Shown: positions 17,900 to 27,193 of the stretch, in pieces
How positions within the stretch are numbered: the stretch's first letter is position 1
Layout: every line of letters begins with the position of its first letter
Notes under the pieces: generated by a model
What the model was told of the DNA's origin: nothing
What the model saw: only the letters and a program-made list of their open reading frames with translations
The model's database searches: none
Made by a program: the position numbers and the translations under genes
DNA from: Dehalococcoidia bacterium
Lineage (GTDB): Bacteria; Chloroflexota; Dehalococcoidia; Lucifugimonadales; UBA3495
Length of the DNA stretch: 64,000 nucleotides
Reading direction: 5' to 3'
Assembly: GCA_965219925.1 (NCBI GenBank)
Contig: OZ244795.1
Span: 2,122,070 to 2,186,069 of the forward strand

Positions 17900-18310
17900 A
17901 TGGAAAACACGCTGGGTTTGTTGCAGGAATTGGCCAGGGATCCCAAGATGATGTGGGTCGTGGGCGGTGGTTCGGTGGTTAGCGAAAACCACGCCGACGG
18001 TATCCAGGAGCCCGAAGTTCACAACGGTTGGGCCACTGTTGAAGCGGACAACTGGCACTTCCACCTGCAGCTGGAGCAAATTGATGGGATCCAGTTCGTG
18101 GAGGCGATGAGCCACGGCGACCTGAAGTCCTACTATGTACGGTTCTCAAAGAATTGGGAAGAAACGCTGGTGCGTTGCTACTTTCCCAATCCTCACCTCG
18201 ACGACGACGAAAAACGCACCGATATGCAACCGGAAAAACTCCAGGCCTTCGAAGAGGCACGGGACCGGTGGGTAGGTAAAGAAGAGAACCTTATTTTCGT
18301 ACAGCGTTGA
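17900..18310 (+). CDS. hypothetical protein, possible ChuX/HutX-like tetrapyrrole-binding protein
   Basis: 136 aa from ATG 17900 (AGGAGG lies 9 nt upstream). The layout ..MMWVVGGGSVVSE...GWATVEADNWHFHLQLEQIDGIQFVEAMSHGDLKSYYVRFSKNWEETLVRCYF...LQAFEE resembles ChuX/HutX heme carrier proteins. This is a weak, memory-based similarity. Confidence 0.35.
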   Translation: MENTLGLLQELARDPKMMWVVGGGSVVSENHADGIQEPEVHNGWATVEADNWHFHLQLEQIDGIQFVEAMSHGDLKSYYVRFSKNWEETLVRCYFPNPHLDDDEKRTDMQPEKLQAFEEARDRWVGKEENLIFVQR

Positions 18311-18432
18311 TGGCATGGCAGATATTGTCTACGCGATTGAGCCGATGTTGTGATACTGCTGACGAAGTCGTACAATAAGCAGCCGTCGCGCTGCGAAGCA
18401 AACTGCCCGCGAGGGCGAGAGGAGAAAGAATA

Positions 18433-18633
18433 ATGGCAATCATCAATCGATTCCTTTCCACGACTAACACTGCGGCCTGGGCCCCCTGGCTGGTAGTAGG
18501 CGCAATGGCGCTCTACATCGTCGGGTACGTCGATGCCGGCGTGCATGCCGCAGCAGTAGGTTCCCCCGGCGTCCTTGGTACCGTGCACGAATTCTTCCAT
18601 CACGCGCGCCACGTCGCCTTTATGTGCCATTAG
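18433..18633 (+). CDS. cbtB: cobalt transporter subunit CbtB
   Basis: 66 aa, one TM helix, and a His-rich C-terminus VHEFFHHARHVAFMCH that matches the CbtB signature (HEFxHDxRHxxxxPCH). Confidence 0.8.
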   Translation: MAIINRFLSTTNTAAWAPWLVVGAMALYIVGYVDAGVHAAAVGSPGVLGTVHEFFHHARHVAFMCH

Positions 18634-18818
18634 TCGTCATCTGACCCGGCGTATTAACTACGCCGGGTTTGTGACCAAGGCTGGGTTTCACGCGTTGACG
18701 CTCAACAGGGCGTCAGGAGGAGACCTGTGAATCCAACCGATCTGTTGACGCGGTTCAGGCACTCGGATTGTTCCGGTGGCCAGAATCAGGTAGTTTTCAG
18801 AATCATAGGAGTTGCAGA

Positions 18819-19583
18819 ATGGAACGGATCCTCCCGACCGCCCTGGTCATGGGCGTCATAGTTGGCCTTGTGGTCGCGGCCTACATGAACATTTTTAATG
18901 TTCCGGTGATCGAATGGGCCATTGACCTCGAAGGCAAAGCGGCCGCCGCTGGCGGCGAAGAAGACGAGTCTCAACTTCCGCTGAGCGCTCTGACGGGCCT
19001 TGGCGGCCAACGGGTCGGCATGACCCTCGGTCTGGCGGTTGTCGGCGTCCTGTTCGGCGCAGTGTTCGCCGGCTTGTATTACCTGATGCGCTGGGCTACT
19101 CCCGGTTGGAGTCCATGGGCGTGGGGCGCGGTGGCCGGTTTCCTCGGATTCTGGGCCGTCTCCATGTACACGCAGATCAAGTTCCCGCTCAATCCGCCCG
19201 GCGTCGGAGACGAATCCACCCTGCTGGCGCGGCAGGGTTTTCAGTTCCTGTTTATTTTCGTGTCAACCGCATCTGTGGCGTTGGTTATCTACGGCGCGGG
19301 GCTGGTGAACCGCAACGCGAGCGGTGGGGCGCGATGGTTCCGGTACGCCGGTATCGGCATTGCCTATGCGGTGGTGGCGCTGGCGCTGGCCTATGCCATC
19401 CCCGGAGTGCGCGATGCAGCCCCGGACTGGTTGCCGCAGGAATTGACCATTTTGTTCCGCAGTTTTACCGCCGCCGGTCATCTCCTGTTGTGGATGGGCA
19501 TCGCGCTGGCCACCGTCGGATACCGTATGTATCGTGAGCGGGACATTCACGCGTTTCCCAACTCCGCTGCCGCGACCCGCTAA
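18819..19583 (+). CDS. cbtA: cobalt transporter subunit CbtA
   Basis: About 254 aa polytopic membrane protein immediately after cbtB. Start set at ATG 18819 with an AGGAG RBS. The family call relies on context and topology. Confidence 0.65.
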   Translation: MERILPTALVMGVIVGLVVAAYMNIFNVPVIEWAIDLEGKAAAAGGEEDESQLPLSALTGLGGQRVGMTLGLAVVGVLFGAVFAGLYYLMRWATPGWSPWAWGAVAGFLGFWAVSMYTQIKFPLNPPGVGDESTLLARQGFQFLFIFVSTASVALVIYGAGLVNRNASGGARWFRYAGIGIAYAVVALALAYAIPGVRDAAPDWLPQELTILFRSFTAAGHLLLWMGIALATVGYRMYRERDIHAFPNSAAATR

Positions 19584-19614
19584 TCATCCGCCTGCGCGTT
19601 AATCGAGGTTCCGC

Positions 19615-21705
19615 TTGACACAGCCAGACACCTCCCGCGAGCCGCGATTTCCTTTCACGGCCATCGTCGGCCAGCGGTCGATGAAGCGGGCCCTGTTGCT
19701 CAATGCTATCAATCCCCGCATTGGCGGCGTGTTGATTCGGGGCAAAAAGGGGACCGCCAAGAGCACCGCCGTTCGTTCGTTGGCGGCCTTGTTGCCCGAA
19801 GTGCCGGTAGTTACCGGGTGTCAATACAGTTGCCTGCCCAACGCTCCCCAACCGGTTTGCCAGTGGTGCCAGCAGGAAGCCGGCGGCGCGGGCATCGCGG
19901 CGCTGCGGCAGGTTCGTATCGTGGACTTGCCCGTTGGCGCTACTGAAGACCGCCTGGTAGGTTCGTTGGACATTGAGCAGGCCATCAAAACCGGCGAGAA
20001 GAATTTTGAACCGGGCCTGATCGCAGTGGCCCATCGCGGCATCCTCTACATCGACGAGGTCAACCTGCTCAACGACCACCTGGTGGACGTATTGCTGGAC
20101 GCCGCCGCGTTGGGCCGCAACTACGTTGAGCGGGAGGGCGTGTCGGTCAGCCACGAAGCCGAATTCATGCTGGTGGGCACCATGAACCCCGAGGAGGGCG
20201 ACCTGCGCCCGCAGCTGCTGGACCGGTTCGGCCTGGCCGTGGAAGTGGACGGCGTGTTCGAGCCTGCCGAACGGCGGGAAGTCGTGCGCCGCCGCATCGC
20301 TTACGAAGCCGAACCCTTCGGATTCATGGATGGTTGGGATGAAGCGGAGCAGTTGGAACGGTCTCGCATCATCAGCAGCCAGGAGCGGTTGCCGTCGGTG
20401 GCAGTGCCGGATGAAATCCTGGAACTCATCACCGATATTTGCGCCGAGTATCAGGTGGACGGCCTCCGGGGCGACATCGTGATGTACAAAACCGCCAGCA
20501 CCATTGCCGCCTACGAAGGCCGCACCGTGGTGGAGGTCGAGGACGTGCGGGAAGCGGCGTTGATGGCATTGTTGCACCGCCAGCGGCGTCTGCCGTTCCA
20601 GCAGCCTCACCTGGTTACCGAACAGCTGGACAACATGCTGGAAGAGTTCCAGAATCAGGCGCGAGACCGGGAATCTTCCGACGGCAGTGATTCCGGCGAC
20701 GATGACCGTAACGACGGCGAAAGCGATAGAAGTCCCGAAACCCCCGAACTCGATCCCCCCGACGATGCCGACGAACCCGACGCCACGGCGGGCGGCGCCG
20801 GCGACGAATGGTTCGAGGTAGGCGACCCCTACGCAGTCCAGAACCTGCAGGTGCAACCCCCGGACCGTCGCGCGCGGCGAGGAGCGGGCCGCCGGGCCAC
20901 CACAATCAGCGGCGATTCTTCCGGTCGCTACGTTGCTTCCCGCGAGCCACCGGGCCCGGTTACCGATCTGGCGTTGGACGCAACTCTCCGCGTGGCCGCT
21001 CCTCACCAACGAACCCGCCGGGAAACTGCTGGTCCGGACGCGGCGACTCTGCTCATTGAGCCGTGGGATATTCGTGAGAAAGTGCGCGAAACCCACACCG
21101 GCAGTCTGATCCTGTTCGTGGCCGATGCCAGCGGCTCCATGGGCGCCCAACGCCGCATGGTAGCGGTGAAGGGCGCGGTGATGTCGCTGCTGATGGATGC
21201 TTACCAGCGGCGTGACCGTGTTGGGTTGATCGCCTTTCGCGGTACTTCCGCTCATTTGCTGTTGCCGCCCACCGGCAGCGTCGAAATGGCCCAATGGCAC
21301 TTGCAGGATATGCCCACCGGCGGACGCACGCCGTTGGCCCACGGGCTTTACCTGGCGATGGAAACACTGGAACGGGAGCGATTGAAAGATCGGGACGTAC
21401 TCCCGTTGCTCATATTGCTGTCCGACGGACGAGCCAACGTGAACCTTGCCGGCGAACAGCGCAGCTCGGGGCAATTGATTTCGGACGAGGTGAAGGGACT
21501 GGCAACTACGGTTGCAGAGGCCAGGATTCCCGCCGTCGTGATCGATACCGAGCAGGGCTTCATAAAGCTGGAGTTGGCCAAAGACATCGCCGAAGCCATG
21601 TCCGCCCGATACATCAAGCTGGACGATTTGGCTGCCGACCACATTGCCAACGCTGCCCGCGACGAGTTGCCCGCCCAGGGCTTGGCAGACCCTGTGATAA
21701 CATAA
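19615..21705 (+). CDS. fused ChlI/ChlD-type AAA+ / von Willebrand A chelatase subunit (CobN partner)
   Basis: N-terminal AAA+ domain with Walker [10 protein letters not shown] and Walker [11 protein letters not shown]. Acidic/Pro-rich linker ([34 protein letters not shown]). C-terminal VWA domain with MIDAS motif VADASGSMG. Confidence 0.85.
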   Translation: MTQPDTSREPRFPFTAIVGQRSMKRALLLNAINPRIGGVLIRGKKGTAKSTAVRSLAALLPEVPVVTGCQYSCLPNAPQPVCQWCQQEAGGAGIAALRQVRIVDLPVGATEDRLVGSLDIEQAIKTGEKNFEPGLIAVAHRGILYIDEVNLLNDHLVDVLLDAAALGRNYVEREGVSVSHEAEFMLVGTMNPEEGDLRPQLLDRFGLAVEVDGVFEPAERREVVRRRIAYEAEPFGFMDGWDEAEQLERSRIISSQERLPSVAVPDEILELITDICAEYQVDGLRGDIVMYKTASTIAAYEGRTVVEVEDVREAALMALLHRQRRLPFQQPHLVTEQLDNMLEEFQNQARDRESSDGSDSGDDDRNDGESDRSPETPELDPPDDADEPDATAGGAGDEWFEVGDPYAVQNLQVQPPDRRARRGAGRRATTISGDSSGRYVASREPPGPVTDLALDATLRVAAPHQRTRRETAGPDAATLLIEPWDIREKVRETHTGSLILFVADASGSMGAQRRMVAVKGAVMSLLMDAYQRRDRVGLIAFRGTSAHLLLPPTGSVEMAQWHLQDMPTGGRTPLAHGLYLAMETLERERLKDRDVLPLLILLSDGRANVNLAGEQRSSGQLISDEVKGLATTVAEARIPAVVIDTEQGFIKLELAKDIAEAMSARYIKLDDLAADHIANAARDELPAQGLADPVIT

Positions 21706-21766
21706 ATCCGGCCCGGAAACGCCGACGACACTCGTCGGCAATCTAACTGCCGCACCAAGGAGCAAC

Positions 21767-23086
21767 ATGCCGCGGACGTTGCCTTACGCCGATATGGATA
21801 AAATTCTGTCGTTGTCCAAACGACGGGGTTTCGTGTTCCAGTCCAGCGAGGTTTACGGCGGGTTGGGTTCCACTTGGGACTATGGGCCGCTGGGGGTTGA
21901 GCTCAAGCGCAACGTCAAGGAAGCCTGGTGGCGCGCGGTAGTTGTGGAGCGGGACGATGTTGTGGGATTGGATGCGGCCATCCTTATGCACCCCCGCGTC
22001 TGGGAAGCCAGCGGCCACGTCGAGAATTTTTCCGATCCATTGGTGGAATGTCGCCAGTGCCATCGCCGCTTCCGGGAAGACCAGTTGGACACCAACCGCT
22101 GCCCGGAGTGCAACGGCGAGTTGACCGAGCCCCGGCGATTCAATCTGATGTTCCGCACCTTCATGGGCCCGGTGGAAGATTCCGGCAATGAGATATTTTT
22201 GCGACCCGAAACTGCCCAGGGCATCTTTGTCAACTTCCAGAACGTGCAAACAGCTACCCGCAAAAAGCTGCCGTTCGGGATCGGCCAGATTGGAAAGGCC
22301 TTTCGCAATGAGATCACCCCGGGCAACTTCACGTTCCGGACCAGAGAATTCGAGCAGATGGAAGTGGAGTTCTTCGTAGAACCCGGCTCCGACGACGACT
22401 GGCTGCAACGCTGGGTACAGGATCGGTTCAACTGGTATGTAGGCTATGGTATCCGCGCCGAAAACCTGCGCCTTCGGCAACACGCCGGCGACGAACTGGC
22501 CCACTACGCCAAGGCTACTTACGATATCGAATACCGCTTCCCCTGGGGCTGGGGTGAACTGGAAGGTATCGCCAACCGAGCCGATTTCGACCTCCGCCGC
22601 CACACCGAATTCAGCGGTCAGGACCTGTCATACTTTGACGACGCAACCCGTGAGAGATACCTGCCTTACGTTATCGAACCCTCCGGCGGAGTGGATCGGG
22701 CCACGCTGGCTTTTTGGCTCGACAGCTACGACGAAGAACCGGACGGCAACGACACCCGCACCGTCCTCCATCTGCATCGGGCGTTGGCTCCGGTAACCGT
22801 CGCGGTGTTGCCCCTGAGCCGGAACGAACGGCTGGCGCCCACCGCGCGCGGAGTGTACGACCTGGTGCGCCGCCGGTTTGCCTGCCAGTTCGACGACGCC
22901 CAGAGCATTGGGCGACGCTACCGCCGCCAGGACGAAATCGGCACCCCTTACTGCGTTACGGTGGACTTCGACACCATCGACGACCAGGCGGTGACCATCC
23001 GCGATCGCGACACAATGGCCCAACAACGGGTGCCCGTCAGCCGGTTGCTGGAAGTCCTGTACGACCGATTCGAGCATGGTTGGTAA
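21767..23086 (+). CDS. glyQS: glycine--tRNA ligase (dimeric class II type)
   Basis: [46 protein letters not shown] is the canonical GlyQS N-terminus. 439 aa. Confidence 0.9.
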   Translation: MPRTLPYADMDKILSLSKRRGFVFQSSEVYGGLGSTWDYGPLGVELKRNVKEAWWRAVVVERDDVVGLDAAILMHPRVWEASGHVENFSDPLVECRQCHRRFREDQLDTNRCPECNGELTEPRRFNLMFRTFMGPVEDSGNEIFLRPETAQGIFVNFQNVQTATRKKLPFGIGQIGKAFRNEITPGNFTFRTREFEQMEVEFFVEPGSDDDWLQRWVQDRFNWYVGYGIRAENLRLRQHAGDELAHYAKATYDIEYRFPWGWGELEGIANRADFDLRRHTEFSGQDLSYFDDATRERYLPYVIEPSGGVDRATLAFWLDSYDEEPDGNDTRTVLHLHRALAPVTVAVLPLSRNERLAPTARGVYDLVRRRFACQFDDAQSIGRRYRRQDEIGTPYCVTVDFDTIDDQAVTIRDRDTMAQQRVPVSRLLEVLYDRFEHGW

Positions 23087-23109
23087 CGGAATTTCGGGGG
23101 ATTGATTCC

Positions 23110-23928
23110 ATGCCGCCAAGCGTGGTTGCTGAGGTTCTTCGCCGCGGTTTGTACACCCGCATCATCGGGCGAAGTATCCGCTTCTACCAGGCAACCGGCT
23201 CAACAATGGATGACGTCGGTCAGTTGGCCCGCAACGGCGCCGATGCCGGCCTGGTGGTTGTCGCCGAAACCCAAAGCGCCAGTCGGGGCCGGCAGGGTCG
23301 CCGCTGGATATCTCAGGCGGGCAACCTGTATTTCTCGGTACTGTTGTATCCGGATACCAACGCCCTTGCCTTTCTCAGTCCGATGGCCGGCATCGCCGTC
23401 GCCAGGGCGATTCGCCAGGTAATCGGCGTTGCGCCTGCCATCAAGTGGCCTAATGACATAATGATAGAGGGCCGCAAAGTGGCTGGCATCCTGGCCGAGA
23501 CCGCGGTCGCCGGCGCTCAGATTCAACACGCCATCATCGGCATCGGCATTAACGTGACGATGGACGTGTCGGAAGATGCCGAAATCGCGGAGACTGCGGG
23601 CAGCCTGAATCAATACGCGGATGGCGAAATCGACCGGCCCGAGTTGTTGCGGCGAATCCTGCAGCACATGGACGCGTTGTACCTAGATATCCAAAGAGGA
23701 CGCTCTCCCATACCAGAGTGGCGCCGGTGGCTGGACACTTTGGGTCAACGTGTCACTGCAACCCATCACGGCAGCGACACCACCGGCGTTGCCGAGGACA
23801 TCGACGAATCCGGCAACCTGCTGTTGCGCGACGACGCGGGCAATCTGTTGACCCTCACCGCCGGAGATATTACCCTACGAACCAATGATAAAGTCCCTCT
23901 CCCCGCTGCGGGAGAGGGGTTGGGGTGA
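23110..23928 (+). CDS. birA: biotin--[acetyl-CoA-carboxylase] ligase (group I, no HTH domain)
   Basis: Contains SASRGRQGRRW (GRGRxGRxW motif) and KWPNDIMIEGRKVAGIL. Start set at ATG 23110; the longer ORF from 22714 overlaps glyQS. The last 12 or so codons and the stop lie inside a REP element. Confidence 0.85.
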   Translation: MPPSVVAEVLRRGLYTRIIGRSIRFYQATGSTMDDVGQLARNGADAGLVVVAETQSASRGRQGRRWISQAGNLYFSVLLYPDTNALAFLSPMAGIAVARAIRQVIGVAPAIKWPNDIMIEGRKVAGILAETAVAGAQIQHAIIGIGINVTMDVSEDAEIAETAGSLNQYADGEIDRPELLRRILQHMDALYLDIQRGRSPIPEWRRWLDTLGQRVTATHHGSDTTGVAEDIDESGNLLLRDDAGNLLTLTAGDITLRTNDKVPLPAAGEGLG

Positions 23929-23930
23929 GG
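23894..23930. repeat. REP-like hairpin element overlapping the birA 3' end
   Basis: tccctctccccgctgcgggagaggggttggggtgagg. It encodes the BirA tail PLPAAGEGLG and supplies its TGA. Confidence 0.8.
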
Positions 23931-23940
23931 CGCGTACCCG

Positions 23941-24750
23941 ATGCTTGAGAATTTAAACCTGGATGGCAAGGTGGTGGTCATAACGGGCGGTGGCACGGGA
24001 CTGGGTTTGGAAATGGTGCGCGCCCTGACGCGGTCCGGTGCCAACCTGGCCATCGCCGGCAGAAGGCCCGGACCCATCGAATCAGCTCGCGACGAAGCGC
24101 TGGCTGCCGGCCAGGATGCGATTGCCGTACCAACCGACGTGTCAAAATCGTCAGAAGTGGACGCACTCATCGAAACTGCGGTGGGCCATTTCGGGCGCAT
24201 CGATGTACTCATCAATAACGCCGCGATGGTGGCCGAAAACGTCCTGAAACCCATTTGGGAAATCACCGACGACGAATGGGAAACCGCCATGACCATCAAT
24301 CTGTCCGGCGCTTTCTACTGCGCTCGGGCGGCGGCAAAACCCATGGCAGACGCCGGGAAAGGCAAAATCGTTAACGTAGCATCCGGATTCGGCCTGCGCG
24401 GTGGCCGGGACCTTTACATGTACTGCTGTTCCAAGGGTGGCGTTATTCAACTCACCAGGGTGTTGTCTTTTAGCCTGGCGCGGCACGGCATAACCGCCAA
24501 CAGCATTGTGCCGGGATTCATTCCTACCATTGACCCCGGCGCAGCGATCAACCGCACCCTGCCCCAGTCTGGAGATTTTCTCCCTTCCGGTAAACTGGGA
24601 CGCCCTGAAGAGCTGGGGCCAATCGCGGTATTCCTGTCCTCCGACGCCTCCGACTACATGACTGGCGAAATGTTCATCCTTGACGGCGGTGGGTTGGCGG
24701 CGGGCATCGCCCCCACCGGGCACGCCCCGCTGGCGCCCCTGGAAATCTAG
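23941..24750 (+). CDS. SDR family oxidoreductase (canonical)
   Basis: Contains TGGGTGLG, NNAAM, and Ser plus YCCSK (YxxxK). Confidence 0.85.
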   Translation: MLENLNLDGKVVVITGGGTGLGLEMVRALTRSGANLAIAGRRPGPIESARDEALAAGQDAIAVPTDVSKSSEVDALIETAVGHFGRIDVLINNAAMVAENVLKPIWEITDDEWETAMTINLSGAFYCARAAAKPMADAGKGKIVNVASGFGLRGGRDLYMYCCSKGGVIQLTRVLSFSLARHGITANSIVPGFIPTIDPGAAINRTLPQSGDFLPSGKLGRPEELGPIAVFLSSDASDYMTGEMFILDGGGLAAGIAPTGHAPLAPLEI

Positions 24751-24757
24751 GAGACTT

Positions 24758-25522
24758 ATGGTGCTGCCTGTTGAATATGACCTGACCGGACGCACGGCCA
24801 TCATCGCCAGCGCCGGGGGCAACGAAACTCCCCATCTGGCGGCCGCCCTGGCCGAGGCCGGCGCCACTGTGTTTGCGGTGGCTCGCCATCAGGAAGCCCT
24901 TGATGCGATATGCCAACAGGTGGAGTCTTCGGTTGGCGCCAGCGCCCACGGCTACGCCGGGTCATGGGATTCTCCCGAAGGTGTTGCCAGGCTGACTGCC
25001 GCGTTCCATGCCCGGCACGACCGGGCCGACATCCTGGTGAATGACACGCGCAGTTTTTTCGCCAAGCCCGCCGAGGATATTACGGTTGACGAATGGGACG
25101 AACTGCATCGCCGCAACGTGCGCGCAACATTTTTGCTCTGCCAGGCAGTGGGACGGCAAATGCTGTCACAGCGATACGGTCGGATCGTGAACGTGATATC
25201 CAGCCTGGCCGAGCGCGGCATCCACAACTGCTCGGCGTTCAGCGCCACCCAGTCCGCAGTGCTGTCGCTGACCCGTTCGTTGGCCGTGGAATGGGGACGC
25301 AGCGAAATCAGGGTCAATGCTATCGGCTCCGGTTGGTCCACCGCAGAAGACATACCGGTGGAGGCGCAGCTTGAAGAATTGCTGGTGCGGTACACCCCAT
25401 TGCGTCGCAAAGGACACCCGCGAGACCTGGCGGCTTTGCTGGTATTCCTGTGTTCCGAATACTGCGACTACCCAACCGGCCAACCCATCTACATCGATGG
25501 CGGGTTAAACGCGCATCCGTGA
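24758..25522 (+). CDS. SDR-fold protein lacking the catalytic Tyr/Lys (probable non-catalytic partner)
   Basis: SDR-like throughout, but the glycine motif is degenerate (IASAGGNETPHLA), NNAG is replaced by VNDTR, and YxxxK is replaced by FSATQ. Confidence 0.7.
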   Translation: MVLPVEYDLTGRTAIIASAGGNETPHLAAALAEAGATVFAVARHQEALDAICQQVESSVGASAHGYAGSWDSPEGVARLTAAFHARHDRADILVNDTRSFFAKPAEDITVDEWDELHRRNVRATFLLCQAVGRQMLSQRYGRIVNVISSLAERGIHNCSAFSATQSAVLSLTRSLAVEWGRSEIRVNAIGSGWSTAEDIPVEAQLEELLVRYTPLRRKGHPRDLAALLVFLCSEYCDYPTGQPIYIDGGLNAHP

Positions 25523-25562
25523 TCGGGTCCGAGAAAATTGCGAAACTCCGGTCCCTGCCTTC

Positions 25563-25655
25563 TGTCATTGCGAGGAGCGTAGCGACGTGGCAATCCCGTT
25601 GCAGCAATGGCGGCGGTTTCAGCGACGAGATTGCCGCGCTGCGCTCGCAATGACA
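25563..25655. repeat. MITE-like palindromic repeat, short copy B
   Basis: tgtcattgcgaggagcgtagcgacgtggcaatcc...gacgagattgccgcgctgcgctcgcaatgaca. It lacks the 22-nt ctcatggtgagcctgtcgaac module. Confidence 0.8.
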
Positions 25656-25725
25656 AGCTTTGCAACTTTCTCGACCGGGGCCAGCCTGAAACGCCGGGTA
25701 TCCGGTGGTGATACAATATCTGCCG

Positions 25726-27171
25726 ATGTCGTTCGCTAACTTTTCGTCCAGTCCAATCACGCCCGTTGGCCGGCTGCCGGGTATGCGGGACCTGGGTTGT
25801 CATGCCAGTCGTGGTAAGCAGTCGGTGCAATCCCGGCTCAACGAATTTATCGGCAGCTACGGCTACGGTGCGCTTGAAGTGCCGGTCCTGGAAGCCACCG
25901 AGCTGTTTTTGAGGAAATCCGGCGGAGCGCTGGCCTCCCAGATGTATTCGTTCACCGACCCCGGTTCCAATTCGGTCAGCCTGCGCCCGGAATTCACGTC
26001 GGCCATCATGCGCCACTACCTGGAAACTACATCCGGCGCTGCGACCGATTCGGTAAAAAGGTGGCAATACAGTGGCCCGGTTTTCCGGTACGACCCCGAC
26101 AATGTTGCCAGCAATGGACAGTTCACCCAGGTTGGCGCGGAGCTTATCGGATCGCACAGCACGTTGGCGGACGCCGAGCTGCTGTCTCTGGCTGCGGGTG
26201 TGCCGGCTGCCCTGGGCATCGCCGATTACCGTGTGCGCGTGGCCGACCTGGACGTATTGGATGGTGTGCTGGATACGGTGGGCCTGTCGGACCGCGCCCG
26301 TTCGTTTATAGTCGCCAACATGAACCGCATCAGCAGCAACCAGTCCACGATGTCAGCCACGCTGCAACGGGCTGCCGAGTTGCATATCGCATCGGGACGC
26401 GATGTGTTGCCGGAAGAAAACGACCTGGCCGACGCGGTGTCGGGCCTCCCCGACGATGAAGCCCGCCACGTGCTGGCCGGCTTTATGCGCTGGAACGGCG
26501 CATCGGGCGTCCCCATCGGGCAACGGTCGTCGGACGAAATTGTCGACCGTCTCCTGCGGAAACTGCGGGGTGGCGACGACCCCGACACCGTCGAGCGCGG
26601 ATTGACTCTCGCAGCTCGTTTGGCTGCCGTCAACGGCGACCCCGCCGACGCCATCCCGCAGGCCCGTTCCATCGTGGTTTCAGCCGGAGGTGACACTTCC
26701 GCCATCGACCGGCTTACCGACCTGGTGAATCTGGTGGACGACGAACTCTCACTGAAGGGGCGTCTGCAAATCGATTTTTCGTTGGCCCGTGGCATTGCCT
26801 ACTACAACGGCATAATATTCGACATCGTGCGCGGCGTGGGCGCAACGAATCTGGGGGGAGGCGGTCGATACGATTCGTTATCCCGCGCACTTGGCGGGCC
26901 CCACACGGTTCCCGCCCTGGGTTTCGCATGTACGCTGGAATCGTTGCTGGAGGTCATGCCGGCCGACGACCCTGCCATCGTGAGGCTGCAGCCGGTAATC
27001 GTCGCTCCCGCAGGATCGGACGAATACGGAGCTGCAATGCGCGCCGCCAGAGAAGTCCGCGCTCAGGGGGGTGTAGCGATCCTTGACGTTTCCGGCAAAG
27101 GCAATCCCAGCGGCAACGCTTCCGACTCCGTAGTTGTAAGGGAATTGGCATCCGAAGGCCGAAGCCAGTAG
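25726..27171 (+). CDS. hisZ: HisRS paralog, probably ATP phosphoribosyltransferase regulatory subunit HisZ
   Basis: Class II HisRS fold (GMRDL, LRPEFT, RGIAYYNGIIFD, GGGGRYD). Motif 2 lacks the conserved ErPQxGRxRxF arginines (FRYDPDNVASNGQFTQVG). It sits immediately upstream of hisG. A C-terminal anticodon-domain-like region is retained. Confidence 0.55.
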   Translation: MSFANFSSSPITPVGRLPGMRDLGCHASRGKQSVQSRLNEFIGSYGYGALEVPVLEATELFLRKSGGALASQMYSFTDPGSNSVSLRPEFTSAIMRHYLETTSGAATDSVKRWQYSGPVFRYDPDNVASNGQFTQVGAELIGSHSTLADAELLSLAAGVPAALGIADYRVRVADLDVLDGVLDTVGLSDRARSFIVANMNRISSNQSTMSATLQRAAELHIASGRDVLPEENDLADAVSGLPDDEARHVLAGFMRWNGASGVPIGQRSSDEIVDRLLRKLRGGDDPDTVERGLTLAARLAAVNGDPADAIPQARSIVVSAGGDTSAIDRLTDLVNLVDDELSLKGRLQIDFSLARGIAYYNGIIFDIVRGVGATNLGGGGRYDSLSRALGGPHTVPALGFACTLESLLEVMPADDPAIVRLQPVIVAPAGSDEYGAAMRAAREVRAQGGVAILDVSGKGNPSGNASDSVVVRELASEGRSQ

Positions 27172-27193
27172 GCGGCGGCGGGAAGGTGGTGAA

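Noticed and set aside
21706-21766. T-box or glycine riboswitch leader upstream of glyQS
   Set aside because: The intergenic region is only 61 nt and contains just a short 8-bp hairpin. That is too short for either element.
22714-23109. Long N-terminal extension of the BirA ORF (404-aa version)
   Set aside because: It overlaps glyQS in another frame, is Arg/Pro/Gly-rich and has no similarity to BirA N-terminal HTH domains. BirA homology starts at the Met at 23110.
25726-27171. Calling this gene the housekeeping histidine--tRNA ligase hisS
   Set aside because: Motif 2 lacks the conserved Arg residues and the gene is the first cistron of the his operon directly before hisG. HisZ is therefore more likely, but the retained C-terminal domain keeps this uncertain, so it is listed as a finding.
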